Positions 1 to 9,054 are shown, counted from the first letter of the stretch. The stretch is DNA of 34,209 bases from Phycisphaerae bacterium (GCA_046757145.1 JBHHXS010000002.1:1-34209); one strand, 5' to 3'. Translations and numbers: made by a program. Notes: generated by a model not told the origin, from the letters alone.

Positions 1-3000
1 ACGTCCTTGTCGCTGATGTCTCTAGTCGCAGCGCCCAATTGGAGGTTGCTGCTGGCAAGGGTGTCTTGATCCTGCACAGTAACCGTATCAGCTTCCCCAG
101 GCACAGCGGTCACCGTAATGATCTGGCCTGGATAACCATCAATCATGGTCGGGGCATTGGTCAGAGTGTAGTCCCCACCCGTGATGGTGAGCCTCACCCA
201 GGGCACCCAAGTTGGGATTTCATCTGCGGCCGCATCTATTACTGGTTGCTCCGGGCTACCACCCCAAGTGATATTCTCAGTGACAAGGCTGCCGCGCCAG
301 TAGCAATAGATGTTAGGGAAGCCAGCACCATAGGCAGCAAACTTTACGGTGTCGGAGTCAACCTCGCCAATTACCATACAATTATCTGCGTAAACAACAG
401 CATCAGCGTCATCGGCCCCTATGGGATAAGCCGTCACACCGCTACCTCCAGTATTAGTGCCATAGAAAGTGAAGGTGTTGTTGGGAGCAAACACAGGATC
501 TGATGCGGCTGGACTGATCCAGATAGCTTCTGTTTTGGACAATCCTGCACCACCACCATCGTCAGAGTAATTGAATATGTTGCCTTTTATCAATAAGTTC
601 TTGGCATCCACATTAAGATTACGTACACAGTATCTATATCTATAGTCAAAGCGGTTTCCTGTAATGGATACGTTTTCCAAGTCTTCTAAACCTCCGGTTT
701 TTGCAATGTAGATAGCATCAGATTCATTCACAGCAGTAGCTGTGACATCTGTGCTTTGGCTCTTGATAAAGTGGTTGCCGGATACCTGCACCCCAGTAAG
801 CGTGCTGTCTGTTGTCCGTGTGCCATTAGCAGGCAACTTAAGAATATACAGTAATTGGCCCGACCAGCCATCTGTCGGATCAGTAACATACCCGTCATCT
901 GCCGTCTCATTCTCAGTACCATTCTCGTTGATGTCTACATAACCATTGAGAATGTCTGTGTCACCAGCGTATCTCCAGTCATTAAGATCATCATCACCAT
1001 TCGTCTCGCCCCCGATCCCATCACCATCAATATCGAATACGGCATTTGTCACTGCATACCCGCCCCACGTGCCATTATCATTAGTATCGAACAAGGTGTC
1101 CTCGTTTATGTCAACCTTGCCATCTTCAACGTCTCGGTAGTTTCCCTCTGACTGGCCGATGAGTTGGTTGGCGGATACTGTGTAGTTGGTTCCATTCCAA
1201 AGAAGAAGTGGCGAATCTCGAAAGACATTACCATTAATGACAGTGTCGAGACATTGTGAAAATTCGTTGCGGGCAAGGTACGCGCGATTGTTTGCAAAGA
1301 GAACTCCTCGTGACCAGCCGATAGTCAAACCAGCCCCACAGTTTGTCATTACATTATCTGACCATATCAGGTCATTCACAGTATATGTTGAGTTACCGCC
1401 GAGATAACCGCACCACATCAGACCATTGCCAGGCTCACCACAGTTTTCGAAGTAATTGTCGGTCACGGTTCCTTGGTTTATGGCACCATAAAGGGCACCT
1501 CCAGAACCGTCGCCCCAAAACGACACAGTATCATGCGCCGCGTTATTGATGTCGTGGAACCAACAACCACTCACATTAACGTCATTCCACTCATTGGTTG
1601 TGCCGTTGAAATCCACACCAAAGTATAGGAAGTTCTTGAGTTCAACTCGTTCGAAATGTGTTCTTCGAGCTGTGCCCGTGCTACTCTCCCCAAAACTGAT
1701 GCCTCCGTAAGCACTGTTTGTGTCAGCTTCACCATGGCTCAGTGTAAGGTCAGTGAAGGTTACATTTTCAGTATCGCCCTTAAGCCAGAAGAGGTATGGC
1801 GTTGCTCCGGCAGTAGTCTCCAAAACATCAGTCTCCCCTTGAATATCAGTGGCCCCTATGCCATCACCACGAAACGTAACGTTGGCAATGTTGGTAAGGA
1901 GAATGTCACTGGAGATGGTATACGTTCCACGTGGAAAATACACAGTGCCGCCGCCCGCCGCGTCCGCTGCGTCGATTGCGTTCTTGATTGCGGTTGAGTC
2001 GTCGCTGGCATCGCTGCCGTCCGCACCGTAAGTCTCAACATTCACAAAGCCACTCACCAGAATACTTGTGCTAGCGTCGCTCCAACTCAAGAGCTGATTC
2101 GCGGCTGCTGCATTGTCAACCTTAAAGGCCCCGGTGACATCCAGGTTGCCGGACTCAAGTTCGTCGGTGCTCGTGTTGTAGAGTAATTCCGCATCATCAA
2201 TTATTTCCCCGCTACCACCCACGAGCGCAACGCGACCGGCCGTCAATCCACTTGCAGTAATAGACGTTACAGACAGTGTCGGATCTATCTGTGCGGAATC
2301 AATAACGCCGTCATCGTTCGAATCATATACAGCCTTCGTCATGTCTCCGGCCCCCGCGGTCGTACTCTGTAGGCCGTTCGCCGTGAACTGTGCGATCTGC
2401 CCCGGCACGGGTATGCCGTCGATCTGAACGATGTTGTTGTTCGCAATTCCGATTGCGACATCGCTGATATTCTCGCCAGTCAACCGTCCAAGAACCGTCT
2501 GTTCGGCAACTGTTAAAGCAGTCGGCGTATCGTCAAGCGTCGCGCGCAACATAGTCTGAGCGTTGTAATCGCTTTCCATCACAGCACCGGCAGAATTCAC
2601 ATTCGCGGCATCAGTGACATCCGCCGCCGCTTCGACGCCAGCGAGTTTCGATTTCTCGGCGTCCGTGTAAGCGTTTGTGTCCAATTCGGCCTCATAGGCG
2701 AGTTTGATCTCAGCGCCGTTCTGATCAGCAGTTGCACTGGCTTCAATGCCGGCGAGCTTGGTCTGTTCTGCGGTATTAAACGCTTCGGTATCGACATTGT
2801 TCTCGTATGCAGTTTTGATCTGTGCATCGGTCATATCGCTTGTGGCGCCAGCCTCAATACCGTCCAGTTTCGTTCCATCCGTGGCGATGTCTCGCCCGTC
2901 TACCGTGCCGGTGACAGCGATATTGCCGGTGATCGTCGTTGCCGTCGCTGCCAAGTTTCCGGCTGCATTAACCGTGAACGAATCTCCTTCGTTGTTGAAC

Positions 3001-4301
3001 GAATCAGCCTCGAACGCTTGGTCAACATCAACTTCGCTCGCGGTCAATTTCAGGACGCTCACGCCGGATGCCTGGAGATGCAACGACATGGCGTTTAACC
3101 GTAGATCCTCGTATGTGCTCGCGTCACGGTCGTAAGCAACGATTGCGCCTCTAGAACCGGACCCTTGCGTGTTGTCGTCGTAATCGTAAGAGAATTCGAG
3201 CCCGGCGCCTGAAGTCGGCGCAAAGGTCGATGTGGCCGTGCTGCGGAGCGAAAAAGTCCCGGCACCGGGCGAAACCCCAATCCTGCCAGAACCGGCCCCG
3301 CCCACGCCTTCGCCCTCCGACGCCACAAGGCGCAAGTCGTTCCATGCCGTCCCAATAACCTGGCTGTCAAGGGACGAGCGCAGTTCCAAATATGCGTTTG
3401 GGAATGACGCATCTTGCGCCTCGGCAGAATGAATGCGTAGGCGCCCATCGTCGCTGGTATCCCGATCGAATTTGATGTCTGGCACAGTATTGGCCGTGCC
3501 CATGTAAAGACCAACCGAATCGGTTGCCGACCCGGACTTCAACAAAAGTTCAGCCGCAGAGGATATTCGTAATTCGCCAGCGCCAACTCCGATCACGCCG
3601 CCTGGGGTAGAACTGTCAAACCGCAAACTGAGTTTATCAGTGGAATCGGCGGGGAAATTCTCAATCGCATCGTTGCCGCGCACATCGATGTAAGCGTCAC
3701 CATCGTTTTCCCTGTTAAACGTGATTGAGGATGCTGGATCCCCGCCATCACCAACATGAAGGCCGATATGCGGCTGTGTTCCCGCTGCAATTTCAGCATC
3801 GGTAGCGCCCGCTTCAATTCGGATATTCGGGTTGCTCGGCGTAGACAACGTAGTGTCGGTCCCCAACACGAGATTGCGGTTTGCACTCCCGTAATCGTAG
3901 AACCGCAGAAACCCGAAGAAATCGCCATCAGCAGGATCGTCATCATCCTTAAACCATAGGATCGGATCGGTGTAATCCAGGGTCACATCATCGCCGAACT
4001 GACCAGTACCAGCCGCAGTCAGATTGCCGCTGGCAGCAGCCCATGACGAATTGGCTCCGATCTGGAATGTGCCGCTATCGACATCGAATCCGGACACAAC
4101 CGCATCCGCAGTGATAGCGACGTTGGTATCGCTGGTGACATCGAACTGAGTTGCGTCGAACAAATAGAAGTTCGTCGCAGTGATATTGTTGATCGTGGTT
4201 CCGCCTCCAGGACTGCCGGGGCTGATCTGACCAATACCAAACCAGACAGCCGCGGTTACAGCAGTGCCGGCGGCAGCGATAATAAGTGAACTCTTTCTCA
4301 T
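1..4301 (-). CDS. Giant tail fibre/tailspike-like protein, 3'-truncated by the window edge (at least 1433 codons). It has an N-terminal hydrophobic segment, KLxGIE fibre repeats, a pectate-lyase-like beta-helix and an Asp-rich segment.
   Basis: Not in the ORF track, presumably because it has no stop inside the window. Hand translation of the minus frame from ATG 4301..4299 (MRKSSLIIAAAGTAVTAAVWFGIG...) stays open to base 3 (...LQLGAATRDISDKD). None of the listed minus-strand ORFs in 1-4301 use this frame. The ATG overlaps the TGA of ORF 4298..4729 (ATGA). The motif VETYGADGSDASDDSTAIKNAIDAADAAGGGTVYFPRGTYTI (about 1915-2050) is the typical N-terminal signature of pectate_lyase_3-type tailspike beta-helices. 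Confidence 0.8.
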   Translation of the reverse strand, partial: MRKSSLIIAAAGTAVTAAVWFGIGQISPGSPGGGTTINNITATNFYLFDATQFDVTSDTNVAITADAVVSGFDVDSGTFQIGANSSWAAASGNLTAAGTGQFGDDVTLDYTDPILWFKDDDDPADGDFFGFLRFYDYGSANRNLVLGTDTTLSTPSNPNIRIEAGATDAEIAAGTQPHIGLHVGDGGDPASSITFNRENDGDAYIDVRGNDAIENFPADSTDKLSLRFDSSTPGGVIGVGAGELRISSAAELLLKSGSATDSVGLYMGTANTVPDIKFDRDTSDDGRLRIHSAEAQDASFPNAYLELRSSLDSQVIGTAWNDLRLVASEGEGVGGAGSGRIGVSPGAGTFSLRSTATSTFAPTSGAGLEFSYDYDDNTQGSGSRGAIVAYDRDASTYEDLRLNAMSLHLQASGVSVLKLTASEVDVDQAFEADSFNNEGDSFTVNAAGNLAATATTITGNIAVTGTVDGRDIATDGTKLDGIEAGATSDMTDAQIKTAYENNVDTEAFNTAEQTKLAGIEASATADQNGAEIKLAYEAELDTNAYTDAEKSKLAGVEAAADVTDAANVNSAGAVMESDYNAQTMLRATLDDTPTALTVAEQTVLGRLTGENISDVAIGIANNNIVQIDGIPVPGQIAQFTANGLQSTTAGAGDMTKAVYDSNDDGVIDSAQIDPTLSVTSITASGLTAGRVALVGGSGEIIDDAELLYNTSTDELESGNLDVTGAFKVDNAAAANQLLSWSDASTSILVSGFVNVETYGADGSDASDDSTAIKNAIDAADAAGGGTVYFPRGTYTISSDILLTNIANVTFRGDGIGATDIQGETDVLETTAGATPYLFWLKGDTENVTFTDLTLSHGEADTNSAYGGISFGESSTGTARRTHFERVELKNFLYFGVDFNGTTNEWNDVNVSGCWFHDINNAAHDTVSFWGDGSGGALYGAINQGTVTDNYFENCGEPGNGLMWCGYLGGNSTYTVNDLIWSDNVMTNCGAGLTIGWSRGVLFANNRAYLARNEFSQCLDTVINGNVFRDSPLLLWNGTNYTVSANQLIGQSEGNYRDVEDGKVDINEDTLFDTNDNGTWGGYAVTNAVFDIDGDGIGGETNGDDDLNDWRYAGDTDILNGYVDINENGTENETADDGYVTDPTDGWSGQLLYILKLPANGTRTTDSTLTGVQVSGNHFIKSQSTDVTATAVNESDAIYIAKTGGLEDLENVSITGNRFDYRYRYCVRNLNVDAKNLLIKGNIFNYSDDGGGAGLSKTEAIWISPAASDPVFAPNNTFTFYGTNTGGSGVTAYPIGADDADAVVYADNCMVIGEVDSDTVKFAAYGAGFPNIYCYWRGSLVTENITWGGSPEQPVIDAAADEIPTWVPWVRLTITGGDYTLTNAPTMIDGYPGQIITVTAVPGEADTVTVQDQDTLASSNLQLGAATRDISDKD

Positions 4302-4729
4302 GATTGGTATGCGTAGATTGTTCCGTCACCTGCAGTACCGATTTTGACCCAGAAATCTGCTAGATTCAGCGTTTCGTTACGCTTGGCCGTGAATGTCATC
4401 CAGTTGCCTGGACTGACCTCAATCCCTGTACCGTTTTGTGTGCGGCGGATGAAAATGTCGCCGCCATTGTTTGTGCCCTCTGATTTCTGACCGAAGAACG
4501 TGATCGTACGGAATGTCGTTGCCGCCGTTCCAGGTTGTTCGGCAGTTGGAGTTGCCGCTGGATTCAAGACGCCGATGTTCCACGTGCCGCCAGTAGCATT
4601 GGCACCAGCGTCCAGCGCATTCAGAATATCGACGAGTGCACCGTTGATCTTCCAGAGCGACTTGTTGCGCCAGTCATTGTTCTTCGGGGAGGACTTTTCA
4701 CTCAGAAATGCAGGCTCTGTTATAGGCAT
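4298..4729 (-). CDS. Hypothetical virion-module protein (143 aa) immediately downstream of the capsid gene
   Basis: ORF track. Same strand as the capsid gene and translationally coupled (ATGA) to the giant fibre ORF. Purine-rich stretch AAGAAAGAAG upstream of the ATG. No motif recognised. Confidence 0.55.
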   Translation of the reverse strand: MPITEPAFLSEKSSPKNNDWRNKSLWKINGALVDILNALDAGANATGGTWNIGVLNPAATPTAEQPGTAATTFRTITFFGQKSEGTNNGGDIFIRRTQNGTGIEVSPGNWMTFTAKRNETLNLADFWVKIGTAGDGTIYAYQS

Positions 4730-4753
4730 ATTGCTGCTTCTTTCTTAAAGGTT

Positions 4754-4793
4754 GTCCCCCACCGGGAAGGAAGGATAAAACCCGGTGGGGGAC
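4754..4793 (-). promoter_or_regulatory. Perfect 13 bp stem / 14 nt loop hairpin between the capsid gene and the next gene (possible attenuator or RNA-stabilising element)
   Basis: GTCCCCCACCGGG (4754..4766) is the exact reverse complement of CCCGGTGGGGGAC (4781..4793). It lies 22 nt after the capsid stop and 25 nt before the next start. No U-tract follows it on the minus strand, so it is not a canonical intrinsic terminator. Confidence 0.5.
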
Positions 4794-4814
4794 CGCTTCT
4801 CAGCCGATTACGGC

Positions 4815-6047
4815 TTAGGAGCAGGTTGCGTCGGTGTGGCTAATCGGGCAACGCTTGAAGATGATGAACGCACCCGCAAGCTTGTTCGGCCCCGGCCGGA
4901 ATGCATGGAAGTACTCCGCGAAATGCCGACCACGTTTCTTCAGCGGATCCAGACACCCGGTATCCGCGCCGATGGCGTCAACGCCAGTCACCCACTGCCA
5001 TTCTCCGAAGTACCTGGACGGATCCCACTCGACCCCGCCGACCACGTTATCAGGCGCAATCAGCTCTTCGGTCATGACGTTCGGATTGACGATAAACGCA
5101 CCCTCGTATGGTGCCGTGGTCTTGCTGATCCAGTTGGGATTCAACTTCTGCGCCGTACCATCGGTGACGGTGGCGTCGTTGACCCAGGTGTTCACGCGCG
5201 TGTACGTCCCGGCCGCATAACTGAATCGAGGTGGCAGGATGTTGATCGCGTGTCGCATGTTCTTGATGACTCGCGTCGCTCCCATTCGCTTCATAAGTTG
5301 CGACGGTTCGGCATCACGAACGTCCAATCTGAACTCGGAGTTGTTCGTTGCGATTCGGCTGGATGCTTCCATGCCGATGTAAAGGACGAAGATCGGCCCT
5401 TCAGGACCAAGTTGGACGAAACCGTTACTGTTGGAATCCGTCGCCCGATCATGAATCAACTGAACGGCAATCGTGTCCAGATGCTCTTGTGTCAGCTCGC
5501 TTGTCGCTTCCGCAATGCCGGCAATCGTGCCTGTGCCAGCGTCCGTGTATGCAGTGTCCTGCACGAACGTGGACGTACACGCCCAGTGTGGCACCAGAGA
5601 CCGATACTTGTTGCAGAGACGATTCGCGAGTGTGGCTTCCGAATACTTGGCCAATTCTTCGACGTAACCGCTGAGAAACTCGTCAACGTTGTGATGGAAG
5701 TTGAGGTCATCCTTACACAGTGTCGGGCCTCGCAGCGAGAATTTCTCTGGCGAATAGTTCTCGGAGAAGTACCCGAACTCGACGTCGTTCCAAGTCGGAT
5801 TACAGAGGCCGTAGTTCGACGTATCCGCAAGGGAATTCAACGTGACAGCTTCCCAGGTCGGTTCGTCATCGACTGGCTGAGAGTTACCGAGGGTGAATAC
5901 CGTTCGGGTCGTTCCTACCCCTTTCTTGAATACTCCACGTGGAATTGCGTTCATCCACATGGACTTGAACGTTGCTAGCCGCCAGAGATCTTCTGACAGA
6001 CTCTCTGTGGCAGTGTGAAATGCATCAAAGACTGTTGGACATGCCAT
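4815..6047 (-). CDS. Putative major capsid protein (410 aa)
   Basis: ORF track. Sits directly after a scaffold-like acidic coiled-coil gene in the order terminase-portal-scaffold-X. Size and composition fit HK97-fold coat proteins. The call is positional; no motif was recognised. Confidence 0.7.
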   Translation of the reverse strand: MACPTVFDAFHTATESLSEDLWRLATFKSMWMNAIPRGVFKKGVGTTRTVFTLGNSQPVDDEPTWEAVTLNSLADTSNYGLCNPTWNDVEFGYFSENYSPEKFSLRGPTLCKDDLNFHHNVDEFLSGYVEELAKYSEATLANRLCNKYRSLVPHWACTSTFVQDTAYTDAGTGTIAGIAEATSELTQEHLDTIAVQLIHDRATDSNSNGFVQLGPEGPIFVLYIGMEASSRIATNNSEFRLDVRDAEPSQLMKRMGATRVIKNMRHAINILPPRFSYAAGTYTRVNTWVNDATVTDGTAQKLNPNWISKTTAPYEGAFIVNPNVMTEELIAPDNVVGGVEWDPSRYFGEWQWVTGVDAIGADTGCLDPLKKRGRHFAEYFHAFRPGPNKLAGAFIIFKRCPISHTDATCS

Positions 6048-6275
6048 AACAAACTAAGTGTAAACTGTTTACATTGTCCGAATGACATCAGCGCATCTGC
6101 AACCAATAGCAGTGCTATCATCCGGTAGTTTGTCCTTGGCGATTGGACCATACAGCCCGTCCCCTTGGGAGAGGCGAACCCCCAAACCACGATTACGCCA
6201 TGCTGTAACGAACAGCTCTACGTTGCCATCACCCAAGCATATCTATCGACAGTTGTCAACTGTTTTTCTGGATTC

Positions 6276-7400
6276 CTACCTCTGGCCAAGCTCGTGCTTG
6301 ATCCTCTCCACGAAGCCTTTCGGTTCCTGATCTGATTTGCCGCTCGCTTGGGTTGGAGTTGACGGAGATGCGACCGTAAGCTCTTTGATCGTCTTCTCGA
6401 GTCGTGTGGTCTTCTCGGTCAACAAGGCGTTTTCCTCCTCGAGACGCGGATGATCAATCGCGAGGATAGTATTGACCATCACCTGTGGCTGCGTGATCTC
6501 CCCGAACAATGCGTTCTTGGCGGCTTCGCGATTCGCAATGACTTTCTCATTCCATGCGGCGTCACCGTCACGTTCTCTGAATCCAGCTACTCCCTTCTCA
6601 GGATGTGACGCCGCTTCGAGTACACGGTCGAACATGCCTAGTGCATGGCGTTGTGCGCGCGCAGTTTCGGCATCGTGCTTGCTTTTCTCTTCTTGAGCAA
6701 GTTTGGCATCATGTTCGCGCATCGCCTCATGTTGCTTCCGCCAGTCCTTTGTGTGGCGAACCCTCTCCTGCTGGAGCTTACGAACTGCTCGAGCCGCATC
6801 ACGGACCTCCTCAAGTGCGTGCCCGTCGAGCTCCTCGTAAATCTCGCCCAGAAACTTCTTCTTGGCCGCGCCTTCGGGCATCCTCAACACCGCCTCTAGC
6901 ATTTCAGCTTGATCGCTGGCCGCATCTGTGGCGTCTGAGATCGCGCTCTCCAGTTTTTCGACAAACTCAGCCTGCCAACGCGGATCTGCCTCCAGACTGA
7001 GCCTTTTTATTGTATCGTCTCCCTTCTGGATTGCAGCCTTGAGTTTGTCCACTTCCTCGGGATCATACCCGGACAGACGTTCCTTGAGCTGGTCGATCTC
7101 GCCTCTCGCCTCCGTGTACTCACGCTCAATTCGTTCTTTCTCCTGACGCAAGGCCTTGAAGTTGAGTTCGGCTTCGGTCGGCTTTGTCTCTTCGGCTTTG
7201 TCATCCTTGCCGGTGGTTCCCTTTGGGAGCGTCTCCGCAGACTTATCGTCATCCTCGTCATTGTCGCCTTCAGCGGGTTTCGGGAAATCGGATGATTTGC
7301 CGTCGCCCTCGTCTTCCATCGCACTCTTGAGATGCGCGGTAAACGAGCTCGGCTTCGGCTCGTCGAGTTCTTCCTTTGGGGTACTTGTTTCTTCGCTCAT
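6276..7400 (-). CDS. Putative scaffolding protein (374 aa, very acidic, E/K/R/A-rich and likely helical/coiled-coil)
   Basis: ORF track. Composition (DEDDDK, EKERIEREYTEARGEIDQLKERL and similar) and position immediately upstream of the capsid gene. Confidence 0.6.
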   Translation of the reverse strand: MSEETSTPKEELDEPKPSSFTAHLKSAMEDEGDGKSSDFPKPAEGDNDEDDDKSAETLPKGTTGKDDKAEETKPTEAELNFKALRQEKERIEREYTEARGEIDQLKERLSGYDPEEVDKLKAAIQKGDDTIKRLSLEADPRWQAEFVEKLESAISDATDAASDQAEMLEAVLRMPEGAAKKKFLGEIYEELDGHALEEVRDAARAVRKLQQERVRHTKDWRKQHEAMREHDAKLAQEEKSKHDAETARAQRHALGMFDRVLEAASHPEKGVAGFRERDGDAAWNEKVIANREAAKNALFGEITQPQVMVNTILAIDHPRLEEENALLTEKTTRLEKTIKELTVASPSTPTQASGKSDQEPKGFVERIKHELGQR

Positions 7401-7747
7401 GGTGTTATTTCTGACGGTGTTACTGGTTCAGGGTCGGTCGGATCCCGGAATGTCTCAATGAGTTCTTGCGGTTTTTCGAACGGCAACGCCAACGCGCGGA
7501 ACTTCTCCAGGCACAGTTGATAGCCGCGTTCCTGCCACAGCACGTTGGCGGATGAGACATTGTCAGCGTTCGGTGGCAGATCGATTGTCTTCGCCGGGGA
7601 TTCATCTTCCATGATCGCCAGAGCTAGTTGAACGTCTTCTCTGTCCAATATCGTTCGAATGGAACTGACCAAATTAATATCCTGCCTGGCATCGACGGAT
7701 GATGGTGCCGGTTGTTTGCGTCGTACGCGTTTCGGTTTCGATGGCAT
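7397..7747 (-). CDS. Hypothetical protein (116 aa), last gene of the transferase island
   Basis: ORF track. 4 nt overlap with the scaffold start. No motif recognised. Confidence 0.45.
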   Translation of the reverse strand: MPSKPKRVRRKQPAPSSVDARQDINLVSSIRTILDREDVQLALAIMEDESPAKTIDLPPNADNVSSANVLWQERGYQLCLEKFRALALPFEKPQELIETFRDPTDPEPVTPSEITP

Positions 7748-7751
7748 GATG

Positions 7752-8288
7752 TTATGTTCTCTGTTCGGTTTGTTCTGGCTTTATCCACCACGATGTTTTC
7801 CATTGTCCAATCGCAGTAACCATGTGCCATGAACTCATTAGATCCGTTCCTTTATGATAATATTCCCTTTCCGAATTGTCTAGCATTATTACTCCTCCAC
7901 TTCTGAGAAGAGGCAATGACTCTCTTATGCAACACACTCGATCCCTTCCATCTACGAGTATCATATCAAACGATTCGCGTTGTAGTGTTTTGCATACTGA
8001 ACTGTAGGGCCTTGGTAGAAGTCGAATATCCACGCACGTCCCCGCTTGTGATCTCACCTTATCAAACCAGCTTTTGTCATGCTCTATACTGAGAGTAGTC
8101 CATCCGTGTGCACCAAACCATATCGTGCTTTTTCCAGAGCCGAATTCGAGAATGCGCGGATTCACTCTGCTAGACAGCCAGCCTAACAAGAAATAGACAG
8201 CAGATTCTTGCAACCACGGTGTTGGCACCATGCTAGGCACGCTCGCCCCTTGATAGCCGATACGTTCTGTCTCAGATTGGATTACCAT
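7752..8288 (-). CDS. Class I SAM-dependent methyltransferase-like protein (178 aa)
   Basis: Motif I-like ILEFGSGKST, then MILVDG and LRSGGVIMLDNS, in the order typical of Rossmann-fold O-methyltransferases of polysaccharide clusters. Confidence 0.55.
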   Translation of the reverse strand: MVIQSETERIGYQGASVPSMVPTPWLQESAVYFLLGWLSSRVNPRILEFGSGKSTIWFGAHGWTTLSIEHDKSWFDKVRSQAGTCVDIRLLPRPYSSVCKTLQRESFDMILVDGRDRVCCIRESLPLLRSGGVIMLDNSEREYYHKGTDLMSSWHMVTAIGQWKTSWWIKPEQTEQRT

Positions 8289-9054
8289 CTTCTTCGAAAA
8301 TATCCAGGGTTATCTTTTCCGCGCCAGAGGCAATAAACTGAGCTTCTCGAACATGGACTCCTTGTCTTCCGAAATGCCGCACTCTGTTGACAGAAAAACG
8401 AACACATTTTAACCCGAGGACTTTTGCAATAGAACCAAACACTGCATCTTGACTCGTACATATAGGTCCAATGTGGTTCAAGGCGTCTTTCATCCATGTG
8501 TCAGCGGCTATGTCATTTTTGTGATAATTCCCGTTAGCCCGATACACGGTGTGGTTCTCAATAAAGAAACTATACAGGGATCGGATTTTGCTCCAAGCGA
8601 ATCGCGTGATCATGAAATGCGTCGTAGTCAGCATCCCTGAACTAATCACATCCATTCTGGAGCGCCCCTTCTCTTCCAAACTCATTTTGCAACATCCGGA
8701 TGAACACACAACATCTGCACCCGTTGAAATGGTATTGCCAAAGAGCGTCCAGACATGGGGACTAACCTCACAATCGCCTTCGATTATCAGTAGCCTGGAA
8801 TATATCTCAAACAACTCATCCAGAACACGCAACATGTGTCGCGGTAAACAGGAGTGCGGCAGCATCTCCCTAAAGAGCACATTGCCTGTAAACTGATCCA
8901 CCAGTTCAGTCATCGCGCTATCCGCTGGGCCATCATGCATGACATACAGTTTCCCGCCATCCCGTATCTGCGTGATTGCTCTTACAGACTCCAGGCAGCG
9001 ACTCAGATAGTGTGGACGCCCACACGCAAGGATTACACACGCATCATTTTCCAT
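8272..9054 (-). CDS. GT-A-fold glycosyltransferase-like protein (260 aa), resembling GT13/GnT-I from memory
   Basis: N-terminal ACVILACGRPHYLSRCLESV resembles the first beta-strand/helix of GT-A enzymes. LLIIEGDCEVSPHVW resembles the GnT-I EDDLEVAPDF metal-binding segment, but reads EGD rather than EDD. Confidence 0.45.
   Translation of the reverse strand: MENDACVILACGRPHYLSRCLESVRAITQIRDGGKLYVMHDGPADSAMTELVDQFTGNVLFREMLPHSCLPRHMLRVLDELFEIYSRLLIIEGDCEVSPHVWTLFGNTISTGADVVCSSGCCKMSLEEKGRSRMDVISSGMLTTTHFMITRFAWSKIRSLYSFFIENHTVYRANGNYHKNDIAADTWMKDALNHIGPICTSQDAVFGSIAKVLGLKCVRFSVNRVRHFGRQGVHVREAQFIASGAEKITLDIFEEDGNPI

Noticed and set aside
39-4240. Many short ORFs (60-154 aa) on both strands listed in the first 4.3 kb
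   Set aside because: All lie in frames other than the single uninterrupted minus-strand frame encoding the fibre-like protein. Their sequences are low-complexity or Cys/Arg/Ser-rich.
4785-5978. 397 aa plus-strand ORF, almost as long as the capsid ORF it overlaps
   Set aside because: It is antisense to the 410 aa minus-strand ORF that fits the operon. Its translation is Arg/Gly/Val-rich with no motifs, which is typical of an antisense shadow ORF.
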